NCBI GenBank assembly: GCA_902550485.1
Contig: CACCZQ010000003.1
Location: forward strand, 34,099 to 98,098
Direction of reading: 5' to 3'
Source: an uncultured Prochlorococcus sp.
GTDB lineage: Bacteria; Cyanobacteriota; Cyanobacteriia; PCC-6307; Cyanobiaceae
DNA length: 64,000 bases
Shown: positions 37,014 through 48,338 of the stretch, piece by piece
Layout of the letters: every line of letters begins with the position of its first letter
How positions within the stretch are numbered: the stretch's first letter is position 1
The notes under the pieces: generated by a model
Databases searched by the model: none
The model's input: only the letters and a program-made list of their open reading frames with translations
Told to the model about the DNA's origin: nothing
Position numbers and translations under genes: made by a program

Positions 37014-37910
37014 TTAATAAGATATTTGATCAGAAGATGAAACTTGAGAAATCTTTACATCTTTAAGATGTCTTTTTCCTAAACCGCTTAGGACATTAGA
37101 AGGGCCAATTTCAACAATATGAAGATCTTTATCTTTTGCTAATAAATCCATAGTTTCTCGCCACCTCACTCCATTACACATTTGCTTTTCTAATCTAATT
37201 TTAAGCTCGTTTGGATCACTACAAAGAGAAGGTTCATAATTGCTTATTACTGGGAAAGAGGGATTGTTAAATTTAATCTGTTTTAAATACTCTGAAAATT
37301 TTGATGAAGGTTCATTCATAAATGGCGAATGAAATGCACCTGAAACATTTAATTTCAAAAATCTTTTACAAGAAATTTCTCTCGATAAATTATCTAGTGC
37401 TTCAGTAGATCCTGATAAGACAACTTGGGCAGAGCTATTATCATTAGCAATTACAATATCATCAATTTTTTGTACTAATAGATCAAGTTGATTTCTATCA
37501 AAACCAATTACTGCTGCCATAGATCCTTTACCAGCATTAATCATTAATTGAGACCTCTTTTTTATTAGAGAAACACAATCTTCGAACGAAAAAACATCCG
37601 CACAATATAGTGCAGTGATTTCTCCTAGGCTATGCCCAGCGACATAAGTTGGTTTAAATCCATTTTCCTTTAACGCATCTAATAAAATAGATTCAACTAG
37701 AAAAAGACAAATTTGTGTATTTCTTGTGTTATTTAAATCAAAAAGAGGATTTGTTGGGTCAGAATTTACCTCACAAATTTCAAATAAATTCCTGTCAAAT
37801 ATCTCAGATGCATACCTAAATCTCTCTTTTGTGTTGGGCAAATTTTCAATTTGTTTTGCCATTCCAATTTTTTGCGAACCCTGTCCAGGGAAAACCCATG
37901 CAACTGTCAT
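37014..37910 (-). CDS. fabD: Malonyl-CoA:ACP transacylase
   Basis: FPGQGSQ, GHSLGE and VSGAFHS motifs. Confidence 0.96.
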   Translation of the reverse strand: MTVAWVFPGQGSQKIGMAKQIENLPNTKERFRYASEIFDRNLFEICEVNSDPTNPLFDLNNTRNTQICLFLVESILLDALKENGFKPTYVAGHSLGEITALYCADVFSFEDCVSLIKKRSQLMINAGKGSMAAVIGFDRNQLDLLVQKIDDIVIANDNSSAQVVLSGSTEALDNLSREISCKRFLKLNVSGAFHSPFMNEPSSKFSEYLKQIKFNNPSFPVISNYEPSLCSDPNELKIRLEKQMCNGVRWRETMDLLAKDKDLHIVEIGPSNVLSGLGKRHLKDVKISQVSSSDQISY

Positions 37911-37925
37911 AATGCTCCTTTTTTT

Positions 37926-38933
37926 TTAACCCCATTTAATGAGGGCTGCACCCCAACTTAACCCAGCACCAAAACCACTTGTGGCAATAATATCATTTTG
38001 TTTAATTCTATTATTTCTAATAGCCTCATCCATTACTAGTGGAATTGTTGCTGCTGAAGTATTACCATATTTTTCTAAATTGCTAAGAATTTTTTCTCCA
38101 GGAATTTTTAACCTGTCTCCTACAGAATCTAATATCCTTTGATTAGCTTGATGCAATACAAGCCAGTCAACTTCATCGGAGGTATAATTCATTTTTTTGA
38201 ACAACTTTGAAAGAATTATTGGAACTTCCCTAACTGCAAATTTATACACTTCCTGACCATTCATCTGAATTGGAGAAAAAGCTCCACTTGAAAAATTAAT
38301 ATTATCGATTATTAAATCCTTATTATTTTTTGATGGGAGATTAAGAAAAGAACCCCTTTCTCCGTCAGTTCTCATATCAAAACCAATTAAATTATCACAT
38401 TCATTGGTGGCTTCAATTGCTAATGCACCTGCACCATCTCCAAAGAGAATACAACTTCTTCTATCATTCCAGTCAACAAAGCTTGATAATTGATCTGCTC
38501 CTATAACAATAGCCCTTTTAAAACTACCCCCTTTTAAAAATTGTGAGGTTGTAATTAAGGCAAATAAGAACCCACTACATGCTGCAGTTAAATCGAAAGC
38601 GACAGCATTAGCTGCCCCTAACTTAGCTTGAATGGATGGCGCTGATCCAAATAAATCATGCGGAGTAGAAGTAGCTAAAACAATCAAATCAATCGTTTTA
38701 ATATCCCAATTAGCCATTTCTATAGCGGTCAAAGCCGCCTTATAACCCATCTCAGTAACATTATCTCCTAAGCTAGAAATTCTTCTCTCAGAAATGCCCG
38801 TTCTAGATTTTATCCATTCATTGCTTGTTTCAACCTTTTGACTAATTTTTTGATTGGTTAGAATTTGATCAGGTACATAACTTCCGCTTCCCTTAAATGA
38901 TACTCCAATCTGATTAAAATTTATTGCTTCCAA
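37926..38933 (-). CDS. fabH: Beta-ketoacyl-ACP synthase III
   Basis: AACSGF, LFGDGAGA, HQAN, GNTSAA and GFGAGLSWG motifs. Start uncertain: TTG at 38933 versus 38963 in the track. Confidence 0.96.
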   Translation of the reverse strand: MEAINFNQIGVSFKGSGSYVPDQILTNQKISQKVETSNEWIKSRTGISERRISSLGDNVTEMGYKAALTAIEMANWDIKTIDLIVLATSTPHDLFGSAPSIQAKLGAANAVAFDLTAACSGFLFALITTSQFLKGGSFKRAIVIGADQLSSFVDWNDRRSCILFGDGAGALAIEATNECDNLIGFDMRTDGERGSFLNLPSKNNKDLIIDNINFSSGAFSPIQMNGQEVYKFAVREVPIILSKLFKKMNYTSDEVDWLVLHQANQRILDSVGDRLKIPGEKILSNLEKYGNTSAATIPLVMDEAIRNNRIKQNDIIATSGFGAGLSWGAALIKWG

Positions 38934-38986
38934 AAGAGTTTTTAGGTTACTTATATTAGTCAAACATAAATTTGACTCAATATGTT

Positions 38987-40405
38987 TTATGAATTTAAAA
39001 CTTGAAGCTTTTGGAGTTGATTTAAATTATCCATAACACCATGGTTCACTGCGGAATGAGCCAAGCGAAGAGCACTAACTACTGATAAAGATTTGCTACT
39101 TCCATGACCAATAACGCAAATACCATTCACCCCAAGTAATAAAGCTCCTCCATGTTCGGCATGATCTAACCTTTTCTTAATTCTGAGTAAATTACTTTTT
39201 AAAAAAGCAGAACCAACTTTCCCCCTCCTTCCACGTGGTAGCTCAGATCTCAAAATATCTAATAAAACTCCTCCAACAGATTCAAGAAATTTCAATAATA
39301 TATTGCCAGTAAATCCATCACAGACTACTACGTCGAAATTACCTGATAATACATCTCGGCCTTCACAATTACCTCCAAAATCAAAACTTTTTTCAGAAGA
39401 TAATAATTCAAATGTTTTTAAGGATAAATCATTACCTTTGCATTCTTCTTCTCCGATATTTAAAAGGCCAATTCTTGGTTTTTTTACTTGTAAGACATCT
39501 TTTGCATAAATATTCCCTAGAAGAGCAAATTGATGCAGATAAGATGGCTTACAATCAGTATTTGCACCGACATCTAAAACTAATACTGGGCGAGTTTGAT
39601 CCCTTGTTGGAAATAATGCTCCTATAGCTGGTCTATCAATCCCTTTCAATCTCCCAATTCTAAATATGGCAGAAGCCATCATGGCTCCTGAATTACCCGC
39701 TGAGTAAACAGCTTCAGCTTTATTATTTCTCACTAAATCCATAGCAACGTTTATACTTGCATTTTTCCTTTTTCTAACTGCAGTAGCTTCTTCATTCATG
39801 CCAATAGGCTCTCCACTATCAATTAATTCAAGACGATTATTCTTTACTTCATTTTCTAATAATTCTGCTAAACCAGTTTTTTCTGCTGCATCTTTAACTT
39901 TTTCAATTTTGCCGACAAACTTTATATTTATTGGAAATCTACTTATTGCTTCGAGGCAACCCTCAAGAATTGGACCCGGAGCATAATCGCCACCCATCCC
40001 ATCAACTGCTATCCAAACTCTTTTAGATTGATATTCCTCCACCCTATCTAAAACATTATCGTTATTTTGTAATCTTTTTAATGGGTCAAAAACTAAGGGC
40101 TGTAATGTATTTTTAGCTATTGAACTGGCACTTGAAACAACACTGCTGGCAGTATTCACAACAGACTCAGCGCTTGAAACGACATTACCTGCAACATTAC
40201 CTGCAACATTACTAGCAACATTACTAGCTGTGCTCACAACAGAACCTGCACCAGAAACTACATTACCCGCTACATTACTAGCCGTTAAAGCAGAACTCGC
40301 AGCAGTATCAACTATAGAAGTTACGGCCGAATTTCTCTTGTACCAAATAACTAATCTTCTGATAGCTCTGGGCTTATTAATTTTTTGTACACTTTCCTTG
40401 CCCAT
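38987..40405 (-). CDS. plsX: Phosphate acyltransferase PlsX with a long repetitive N-terminal extension
   Basis: AVDGMGGDYAP, SAGNSGA, DVGAN, DGFTGN and GHGSS motifs. The core starts only around residue 130. Confidence 0.95.
   Translation of the reverse strand: MGKESVQKINKPRAIRRLVIWYKRNSAVTSIVDTAASSALTASNVAGNVVSGAGSVVSTASNVASNVAGNVAGNVVSSAESVVNTASSVVSSASSIAKNTLQPLVFDPLKRLQNNDNVLDRVEEYQSKRVWIAVDGMGGDYAPGPILEGCLEAISRFPINIKFVGKIEKVKDAAEKTGLAELLENEVKNNRLELIDSGEPIGMNEEATAVRKRKNASINVAMDLVRNNKAEAVYSAGNSGAMMASAIFRIGRLKGIDRPAIGALFPTRDQTRPVLVLDVGANTDCKPSYLHQFALLGNIYAKDVLQVKKPRIGLLNIGEEECKGNDLSLKTFELLSSEKSFDFGGNCEGRDVLSGNFDVVVCDGFTGNILLKFLESVGGVLLDILRSELPRGRRGKVGSAFLKSNLLRIKKRLDHAEHGGALLLGVNGICVIGHGSSKSLSVVSALRLAHSAVNHGVMDNLNQLQKLQVLNS
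40182..40283. repeat. Intragenic 12-bp tandem repeat in the plsX 5' region
   Basis: ACATTACCTGCA twice, ACATTACTAGCA and ACATTACTAGCT at 40182-40229, plus two more degenerate copies at 40260-40283; encodes NVAG/NVAS repeats. Confidence 0.85.
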
Positions 40406-41152
40406 TTATTTACCATCAAAAGGAGCAATATCTACAATCCTTTGAAAAAGATATCCTGTGCCCCTTGCAGTTAATATCAATTCAGGATTTGCAGGGTCAG
40501 CCTCAAGTTTCGATCTTAATCTCGATATATGAACATCGACTACTCTTGTATCTACATGTCTCTCAGGTGTATATCCCCAAACTTCCTTCAAAATTTCTCC
40601 TCTACTAAATGGCTCGCCTGACCTACTTACCAAAAGCTCTAAGAGACTAAATTCCATTCCAGTTAATCTAATTCTCTCATCGCTTTTAAAAACTTGTCTT
40701 CGATTTGTATCAATTTTTATATCAGTAACCAAAATTAATCCTGAATTAGGCATTCCAGGAATTTGTTCTTTGTCAATTCTTCTTAAAACGCACCTAATTC
40801 TAGCTTCTAATTCCTTAGGACTAAATGGTTTCACAACATAATCATCAGCCCCTAATTCTAAACCTGTTATCCTGTCTGCAACATCTCCTAATGCAGTTAA
40901 CATAACAATTGGAACATCAGAATCTTTCCTTAATTCTTGACACACTCCATAGCCATCTAATTTTGGCATCATAACGTCAAGTACTACTAAATCAGGCTCA
41001 TAATCTTTAAATAACTTTAGTGCTTCTTTACCATCACTTGCAGTTACGACTTTGTAGCCAATCATGGAGAGGCGGGTCTCAAGAATTCTTCTAATACTTG
41101 CCTCGTCATCTGCGACAAGAATTGTTTCTTTAGTTTGACTAGATAGAGCCAT
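40406..41152 (-). CDS. rpaB: OmpR-family response regulator RpaB (Ycf27)
   Basis: DDEASIRRILETRLSMIGY and VWGYTPERHVDTRVVDVHISRLR motifs. Confidence 0.95.
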   Translation of the reverse strand: MALSSQTKETILVADDEASIRRILETRLSMIGYKVVTASDGKEALKLFKDYEPDLVVLDVMMPKLDGYGVCQELRKDSDVPIVMLTALGDVADRITGLELGADDYVVKPFSPKELEARIRCVLRRIDKEQIPGMPNSGLILVTDIKIDTNRRQVFKSDERIRLTGMEFSLLELLVSRSGEPFSRGEILKEVWGYTPERHVDTRVVDVHISRLRSKLEADPANPELILTARGTGYLFQRIVDIAPFDGK

Positions 41153-41259
41153 TTGTTTCTATTAGCTAATCAGTAAGAGAATTAATTATTAACCTAATCT
41201 AACTTGTAGAGGGGCAATATCCCAAACATTCTAGTTCTAATACTTTATTCAAAAACTAA

Positions 41260-42612
41260 ATGTCTAGCAAATTGTCGACTTTTATTTGTCAAAATTGCGG
41301 AACTGAAACTTCTCAATATTTTGGGAAATGCCTCAATTGCAACTCATGGAATTCGATTGTCGAAGAAATTAAAAGCAAGAGATCTAAACATCAAGATATT
41401 AAAAATAATAAGAAATCTATCCCTTTTAATGAAATATCATCAAAAAAAATATCAAGATTTACAAGTGGTTTCAGAGAATTTGATCGAGTTCTTGGAGGTG
41501 GAATAGTACCTGGATCTGTTGTCTTACTTGGAGGAGAACCAGGTATAGGTAAAAGCACAATAGTTCTTCAATCAGCAGGAAAAATATCTCTCAATGAGAA
41601 AGTTTTATACATAACTGCAGAAGAATCCTTAGAACAAGTAAAAATTAGATGGGAAAGATTAAATCAAAAAAGTATTGATTTAAAAATTTTTGCAGAAACG
41701 AATTTATCACTAATTATTGAAGAGATCAAACGTGTAAATCCAAGTTTCGCAATTATTGATAGTATTCAAGCCATCCATAATCATGAAATGGAAACTTCGC
41801 AAGGATCGGTTTCTCAAGTTAGAGCATGTTCGTCTGAGTTGCAAAATCTCGCCAAAGACAAAAATATAGCTCTTCTAATAATTGGTCATGTAACCAAAGA
41901 TGGCGCTTTAGCTGGTCCTAAAACTCTTGAACATTTAGTTGATACAGTAATAAACTTTGAAGGAGATAATATTTCATCTCATAGATTGCTAAGAAGTATA
42001 AAAAATCGATTTGGATCGACCTTTGAAATTGGAATTTTTGAAATGCTTGAAGAGGGTTTACGAGAGGTAAAAAACCCAAGTTCAATTTTTACAAATAAAG
42101 AAAATATTTCAGGTGTAACAACTACGATTACAAATGAAGGTACCCGACCATTAGCAGTTGATATACAAGCACTGGTAAATAAGACTTTCTATAGTAACCC
42201 AAGACGAACTACAACTGGAATTAGCATAAATAGATTGCATCAAATTCTTGCTGTTATAGAAAAACATGTAGGGATAAAATTATCTGAATTTGACTGTTAT
42301 ATAGCAACTGGTGGAGGTTTTGAGATTAATGATCCCTCATCTGACTTAGGTGTAGCAATATCAATTTTATCAAGTTTGAAAAATATTCCTCCTTTGGCTA
42401 GTACCTCATTTATTGGGGAATTAGGTTTGAGCGGTCAAGTTAGAAAATCGAATAACCTTCGGACAAAGATAGAAGAAGCTGTAAGACTAGGGATCAAAAA
42501 TATCGTAGTGCCAAAACTAGAGGAGGAACTAAATATTAATTTTCAAAATTTAATAAATATCAAAGAGATATCTAATATTAAAGAAGCAGTTGATTATTCT
42601 TTTTCAAAATAA
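41260..42612 (+). CDS. radA: DNA repair protein RadA/Sms
   Basis: C4 zinc finger, GEPGIGKS Walker A and KNRFG motif. Confidence 0.97.
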   Translation: MSSKLSTFICQNCGTETSQYFGKCLNCNSWNSIVEEIKSKRSKHQDIKNNKKSIPFNEISSKKISRFTSGFREFDRVLGGGIVPGSVVLLGGEPGIGKSTIVLQSAGKISLNEKVLYITAEESLEQVKIRWERLNQKSIDLKIFAETNLSLIIEEIKRVNPSFAIIDSIQAIHNHEMETSQGSVSQVRACSSELQNLAKDKNIALLIIGHVTKDGALAGPKTLEHLVDTVINFEGDNISSHRLLRSIKNRFGSTFEIGIFEMLEEGLREVKNPSSIFTNKENISGVTTTITNEGTRPLAVDIQALVNKTFYSNPRRTTTGISINRLHQILAVIEKHVGIKLSEFDCYIATGGGFEINDPSSDLGVAISILSSLKNIPPLASTSFIGELGLSGQVRKSNNLRTKIEEAVRLGIKNIVVPKLEEELNINFQNLINIKEISNIKEAVDYSFSK

Positions 42613-42616
42613 AAAA

Positions 42617-43138
42617 TCAAAGGTACATATCAATTGAGCTTCTGCCTGAATTTTTCAACCAATTCTCAATATCTAGATACCCACCTGGATATAGTCTCAC
42701 TGCTTTAGACCAGACTTCAGCAGCTTTATCAAACCAAATATCTCTCTGATCTAAATCACCATTTTGCTCAGCATTTCTTCCCCTTTTTTCATAAATTAAA
42801 CCTATATTTTTCAGGCATGATGGCTGTTTTGGATTTTCTACTAATGCTTTTTCATAAGTTTCAATAGACAAATCCTCTTCCCCGTTACTCATATATATTA
42901 TTGCCATATTTTTTAGAGTCTCACCCCTATCAATTTTATTTTCTTCAAGTAGTAAACTCTCTTTGTAATACTCTAATGCTTCCGAATAATCCCCATTATT
43001 TTGCGCAGCTAGGCCGTCTCTATAATAGATATATGCTTTTTTTTCTTTCTCTGCAATAGGCATTATTTTTACTATTGATTCAGCAATCACAGTAAAAGCT
43101 TTATCGATAAAATTGTCTCTGTTTTGATTACTAGGCAC
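42617..43138 (-). CDS. ycf3: Photosystem I assembly protein Ycf3 (TPR)
   Basis: [13 protein letters not shown] and WFDKAAEVW motifs. The GTG at 43138 gives 173 aa; the track extension is probably spurious. Confidence 0.95.
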   Translation of the reverse strand: MPSNQNRDNFIDKAFTVIAESIVKIMPIAEKEKKAYIYYRDGLAAQNNGDYSEALEYYKESLLLEENKIDRGETLKNMAIIYMSNGEEDLSIETYEKALVENPKQPSCLKNIGLIYEKRGRNAEQNGDLDQRDIWFDKAAEVWSKAVRLYPGGYLDIENWLKNSGRSSIDMYL

Positions 43139-43249
43139 AGCTCTAAAACTAATAAAATTAATATAGTAAATTAAAAAATAACTATTTAAAAAGTCTATTA
43201 CATTTATTATTATAGTTAAAAAAAGGTCAAGCATTAATTTGCTTCAATA

Positions 43250-45553
43250 GTGAAAGATATGGAAAGCATTCAATTAAGCATTACAGGAATGAAGTGCGGA
43301 GGTTGTGTGAGTACTGTTGAAAAAATATTGAATAATTCTGATGGTATTGAAAATGTTTCTGTTAACTTACTAACTGAAAGTGCATATTTTGAAATTACCC
43401 AGAAACATATAGAAATAGATGCAGTTCTTAAAAATCTAAAAGAGAATGGTTTCCCATCAAAGATTTACATAAATGATTTTTCAAAAAAAATAAATAAGGC
43501 AGAATTAGAAAAAAAAAAGAAGTGGAATAATCAATGGAAAAAACTAACTTTTGCTCTATTACTTTTATTATTTTCAGGTTTAGGTCATCTAGCAGAAGGA
43601 AGATATATAAATTTTCCAATATTAGGCAATATATTTTTTCACGCTTCGTTAGCAACTTTAGCTCTATTATTTCCCGGCAGAGAAATTATTATTAATGGAT
43701 TTAAGTCATTTATTAAGAACCGTCCGGATATGGATTCTCTAGTAGCTCTTGGAGTAACTAGCGCGTATACAACAAGTCTTCTATCCTTAGTGTTTCCTGC
43801 CACTGGTTTTCCTTGTTTTTTTAATGAACCAGTTATGTTATTAGGTTTTATATTGATTGGACGTTTTTTAGAGGAAAGAGCAAGATACCAAACTGGTTCA
43901 TCCATTGGAGAGTTATTAGATCTTCAACCTGAAATGGCAAATATCTACACAGAAGATAATCAAATAAAATCAATAAGAGTAAACACTTTAATACCTAATC
44001 AAGAGATTCAAGTATTAGCAGGAGATAGAGTACCTGCTGACTGCATTGTTACTCAAGGTAATTCATATGTTGATGTTTCACATATTACTGGAGAATCCAA
44101 ACCTATCGAGGTAAAAGAAGGCGACAATCTATCTAGCGGGTCTTTAAATCTTAATTCAACTCTTAGACTTAAAGTACAAAAGGTAGGAGGGGATTCTTCT
44201 CTTGCAAAACTAGTAAATCTTATTGAGGCTGTAAACGCTAAAAAGCCTCGCATTCAAAGAATTGCTGATCAAATTGCAGGCAAATTTACTTACTTTGTTC
44301 TTATTTTTTCTACTTTAACCTTCCTCTTTTGGTGGAAGGGGGCAAAAAACATTTGGCCAGATTTATTAATTCATAATAATCAATTCATCACTCACTCAAG
44401 CCATACACTTCATAGTTCGCTTGGTAGTAATGCTGATAATTTCCTTAGTTTAGCCATCCAATTATCAATTGCTGTACTAGTAATAGCTTGTCCTTGTGCA
44501 TTAGGTTTAGCCACCCCCACTGTAATCACTGTCGCATCAGGCAAAGCAGCAAAAAAGGGAGTTTTATTTAAAGGCGGAGACAAAATTGAGATGGCTTCAA
44601 AAATTAATCACATTATTTTTGACAAGACAGGTACTTTAACAAAAGGTAAGCCCTTCATTGTAGATTATAAAAATAATGATGATCATTCATTTTTATTAAG
44701 AATAGCTGCGAGTTTAGAAAAGGAAAGCAGACATCCAATCGCAGATGCCTTAATTCAAGAGGCAAAAAAACAAAATTTAAGTTTATTTCCAATAAAAAAA
44801 ATTTTCACTCATTCAGGTAGAGGTATTTCAGGTGAACTTGAGTCAATAGATGGACTTATTAATATTGGAAATATCGAATGGTTATTGAGTCAAGGAATAA
44901 TTATTGATAGTGATGCAAAAAAAATCATTGAAAATGAAGAGACAAAAATGAACACTATCATTGGAGTAAGTATCAAAGATAAATTATTAGGCTTTATCTT
45001 CCTAGGAGATTTACTCAGAGAGGATTCAATTAAAACAGTTCAAACTTTAAGAGAAAACAAATTTAAAATTAATATTTTAAGTGGAGATAGGAAAGAAACA
45101 GTTTTATCTTTAGCAAAAAAAATTGGTTTAAAAGAAACAGAAGTAAAATGGGATCTTCTTCCCGAAATGAAACTTAAGACCTTAGAAAATTTAAAAATTA
45201 ATAATAAAGTAGCAATGATTGGTGATGGTATTAATGATGTCCCAGCCTTAGCATCTTCAGACTTAGGAATTGCGGTGGGATCAGGGACTCAAATAGCCAA
45301 AGCAAATGCAGATTTGGTATTGATGGGAGATCAACTAAATGGATTACCCTACGCCTTAAATCTTGCCAAAAAAACTATAAGAAAAATAAAGCAAAATTTA
45401 ACATGGGCTTTTGGTTACAACTTACTAGCTATTCCTTTAGCCGCCGGCATTTTATTCCCTAAATACGGTATTCTTCTTACTCCCTCAATTGCAGCATTAT
45501 TGATGGCTATTAGCTCTATTACAGTTGTAATTAATGCTTTATCTTTGGATTAA
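43250..45553 (+). CDS. Heavy-metal (probably Cu+) P1B-type ATPase
   Basis: GMKCGGC HMA domain, TGES, CPCALGLATP, DKTGT, HP, GDGIND and YN motifs. Confidence 0.93.
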   Translation: MKDMESIQLSITGMKCGGCVSTVEKILNNSDGIENVSVNLLTESAYFEITQKHIEIDAVLKNLKENGFPSKIYINDFSKKINKAELEKKKKWNNQWKKLTFALLLLLFSGLGHLAEGRYINFPILGNIFFHASLATLALLFPGREIIINGFKSFIKNRPDMDSLVALGVTSAYTTSLLSLVFPATGFPCFFNEPVMLLGFILIGRFLEERARYQTGSSIGELLDLQPEMANIYTEDNQIKSIRVNTLIPNQEIQVLAGDRVPADCIVTQGNSYVDVSHITGESKPIEVKEGDNLSSGSLNLNSTLRLKVQKVGGDSSLAKLVNLIEAVNAKKPRIQRIADQIAGKFTYFVLIFSTLTFLFWWKGAKNIWPDLLIHNNQFITHSSHTLHSSLGSNADNFLSLAIQLSIAVLVIACPCALGLATPTVITVASGKAAKKGVLFKGGDKIEMASKINHIIFDKTGTLTKGKPFIVDYKNNDDHSFLLRIAASLEKESRHPIADALIQEAKKQNLSLFPIKKIFTHSGRGISGELESIDGLINIGNIEWLLSQGIIIDSDAKKIIENEETKMNTIIGVSIKDKLLGFIFLGDLLREDSIKTVQTLRENKFKINILSGDRKETVLSLAKKIGLKETEVKWDLLPEMKLKTLENLKINNKVAMIGDGINDVPALASSDLGIAVGSGTQIAKANADLVLMGDQLNGLPYALNLAKKTIRKIKQNLTWAFGYNLLAIPLAAGILFPKYGILLTPSIAALLMAISSITVVINALSLD

Positions 45554-46192
45554 ATGAAAGGAAAATTTATCGTTATTGAGGGTATTGATGGATGTGGTAA
45601 AACTACCCAAATAGATGAACTATCTAAATGGCTTCCTAATAGTGGTCTAATAAAGAAAGGGTCTAAATTAATCAGAACTAGAGAGCCTGGAGGCAGTCTT
45701 CTAGGAAAAAAACTTAGGGGACTGATTCTTGATAATAATGAAAAAAACAAGCCTTCATCTCTTGCTGAATTATTACTTTATTCAGCGGATAGAGCTGAAC
45801 ACGTTTCCAAAATTATTTCACCTGCTTTAAATAACAATGATTGGGTAATAAGTGATAGATTTTCCGACTCCACTCTGGCTTATCAAGGCTATGGAAGAAA
45901 TATAAATTTAGAAATAATTAAAAATATTGAATCAATTGTGTGTCAAGGACAATCTCCTGATCTCACATTCTTCTTAGAAATTTCTCCAGAAGAGAGCATA
46001 TTCCGAAGAAAAAATGAAATTCCAGACAGAATAGAATCAGAAGGTATTAAATTTTTAGAAAAAGTAAATGAAGGCTTCAAACTAATTGCCAAACAAAAAA
46101 ACTGGAAAGTAATATCTGCTTCACAAAATATCAAAACTATTTCTAATCAAATTAAAGAGACTTTGCTAAACAATTTTTCTAATAACAAATGA
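45554..46192 (+). CDS. tmk: Thymidylate kinase
   Basis: [15 protein letters not shown] and [12 protein letters not shown] motifs. Confidence 0.96.
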   Translation: MKGKFIVIEGIDGCGKTTQIDELSKWLPNSGLIKKGSKLIRTREPGGSLLGKKLRGLILDNNEKNKPSSLAELLLYSADRAEHVSKIISPALNNNDWVISDRFSDSTLAYQGYGRNINLEIIKNIESIVCQGQSPDLTFFLEISPEESIFRRKNEIPDRIESEGIKFLEKVNEGFKLIAKQKNWKVISASQNIKTISNQIKETLLNNFSNNK

Positions 46193-47148
46193 TTGAGGTT
46201 AAAAAAAATAATTTTTTCTTGAATGAAGAAGTCAATAACTGTCTCAACAATATAATTAAAAACAAATCATTTGCTAATGGTTATATATTTTATGGTGCTG
46301 AAGGAGTAGGAAAAAAGCAAACTGCTCTTCAATTTATAAAAGAGATTTTCAAACAGTCTTCACCAAGCGAAAATATTGAACAGAGAATTACAAACAATAA
46401 TCATCCTGATTTTTTAATTATTGAACCTGAGTCTCTTTTGGAAACTAAAAGTTCAGGAAGTTCCGTTCTTGAAAAAACAATAAAAAGTGGATCTGAGATT
46501 ATTAAAATTGCTCAAATACGTAATATCAAAACTTTTCTTAGTCAAAACTCAATAAACTCAGAAAAAAAAATTGTTTTAATTATTGACGCACACCTCTTAA
46601 ACGAAGCAGCCTCAAATTGCCTTTTAAAAACCTTAGAAGAACCTAATAACGGCATTTTTATTTTACTAACATCTAAATTAAACCTTCTCTTAGATACGAT
46701 CATCTCAAGATGTCAAATCGTCAGATTTAGGTCCTTTTCTAGTGAAAAAATAAAGTTTATTTTGAAAGAATATTTAGATACTTCTAAATTCAATATTAAT
46801 ACAAAATTAAAGATTGAAGATTTAATAAATTCTGCAAATGGATCTCCAAATCAATTATTGAAAAATATTGAAATTTGGAATTCTTTTTCAGATGAAATTA
46901 TAAGTAACTTAGCTTCTCCAATAAAAAATAACCTAGAAATATTAGAGATATCTCAATTAATATCTGAAAAATTAGAACTTAATCAGCAGATTTGTTTAGT
47001 CAATTTAATTCAAAATATTTGGTGGAGAAAGACAAAAAATGTTGGTATAGTTAAAAAACTTGAAAATTTAAAATATCTATTAAGAAAAAAAATTCAACCA
47101 AGGTTGGCGTGGGAAATTACTTTTTTAAAAATTTCAATGGAAATATAG
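46189..47148 (+). CDS. holB: DNA polymerase III delta' subunit
   Basis: [17 protein letters not shown] and TIISRCQ motifs; follows tmk. Confidence 0.92.
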   Translation: MIEVKKNNFFLNEEVNNCLNNIIKNKSFANGYIFYGAEGVGKKQTALQFIKEIFKQSSPSENIEQRITNNNHPDFLIIEPESLLETKSSGSSVLEKTIKSGSEIIKIAQIRNIKTFLSQNSINSEKKIVLIIDAHLLNEAASNCLLKTLEEPNNGIFILLTSKLNLLLDTIISRCQIVRFRSFSSEKIKFILKEYLDTSKFNINTKLKIEDLINSANGSPNQLLKNIEIWNSFSDEIISNLASPIKNNLEILEISQLISEKLELNQQICLVNLIQNIWWRKTKNVGIVKKLENLKYLLRKKIQPRLAWEITFLKISMEI

Positions 47149-47152
47149 GAAA

Positions 47153-47935
47153 TTAATTAACGGCAGGGTTTATCAAATCAGGATTTCTTGCTTGAATAAA
47201 CTCTTGCCTGGCAGTTTCAACTTGAGAACCAATAGGCAACTCAAGACAATATCCAGCTCCATATACAGTTTTTATAAATGTAGGCTTACGTGGATCAGGT
47301 TCTAGTTTGGTGCGTAAATGTCTAATATGAACTCTTATTGTTTCAATATCATCATCGGGTTCATATCCCCATACTTCTTTAAGAATGGACGCTGGAGATA
47401 CAGTTTGACCATGTCTCTGCAAAAGACAGTGAAGTAGTTCAAATTCAAGATGAGTTAATCTAATAGGAGTTTCAAACCAGATAGCTTCAAATCTTTCAGG
47501 AACAAGGGTTATAGGGCCATAATTTAAAATTTCTTGCTGGTTATCAGAATTCAACTGTGCTCTGTTAGTTCTTCTTAGTAATGCTTTTATGCGTACATAC
47601 AATTCTTCCAGATCAAATGGTTTAGTAATGTAATCATCTGCTCCAGAATTAAACCCAGTCACTTTATCTTTAAGACCACCTAATGCAGTTATCATCAGAA
47701 TTGGAATATTTGATGTTCTCTCATCTCTTCTAAGTCGCTGGCATAAAGTTAAGCCATCAACATTTGGCAACATTAAATCTAAGAGTATTAAATCTGGTGA
47801 GTATTGAAGAGCTAGTGCTTGTCCTTTGATACCATCTTCAGCTTTTTGGACATCGAAACCAGAATGTTCTAAATGCCTGGCCACCAAATCACGCATATCA
47901 CGATCATCTTCAATTAAAAGGATTGAAATTTTCAT
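47153..47935 (-). CDS. rpaA: OmpR-family response regulator RpaA
   Basis: [22 protein letters not shown] and [29 protein letters not shown] motifs. Confidence 0.95.
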   Translation of the reverse strand: MKISILLIEDDRDMRDLVARHLEHSGFDVQKAEDGIKGQALALQYSPDLILLDLMLPNVDGLTLCQRLRRDERTSNIPILMITALGGLKDKVTGFNSGADDYITKPFDLEELYVRIKALLRRTNRAQLNSDNQQEILNYGPITLVPERFEAIWFETPIRLTHLEFELLHCLLQRHGQTVSPASILKEVWGYEPDDDIETIRVHIRHLRTKLEPDPRKPTFIKTVYGAGYCLELPIGSQVETARQEFIQARNPDLINPAVN

Positions 47936-48338
47936 ATTGTATTGACTATTAAATTAAAGTTAATTTTTTTAGTAATATAATTCTCTCAATAAATTTTAAA
48001 GATTGCTGAATTAGTGTAAACAATTTTATCAATTAGATTTACCAAGTAACTTAATAATAACAAGGAATTAGAGAGAAATTGCAAATTTTCCAAAAGATTA
48101 AATTTTACAATTTCTTTCGATTCTATTTACTTTTTCTTAATAATCAGTGGAATATCAGAAAAAAATAATGATTATCTTTAGAAGAAGATCTAAATTCAAT
48201 TGCCATAGCAAGATATCTGAATATGCAGTTAATGGTGAATATAAGTTTTCAAATAGGATTTAATTAGTTTAAAATTTTTGATTTATTCTGAGTGTATAAA
48301 GTAAAAATTTTGTATATATTATAAAAATTTAAGTATTT

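Noticed and set aside
41219-41229. Single ATCCCAAACAT between rpaB and radA, matching one variant unit of the island array
   Set aside because: An isolated 11-mer with no repeat partner or att core nearby; it cannot be distinguished from chance.
47936-48338. 400-bp gap between divergent rpaA and a hypothetical gene: possible sRNA or lost gene
   Set aside because: Only short ORFs of about 30 codons with no recognisable motif and no stable GC-rich structure; nothing supportable beyond divergent promoter DNA.
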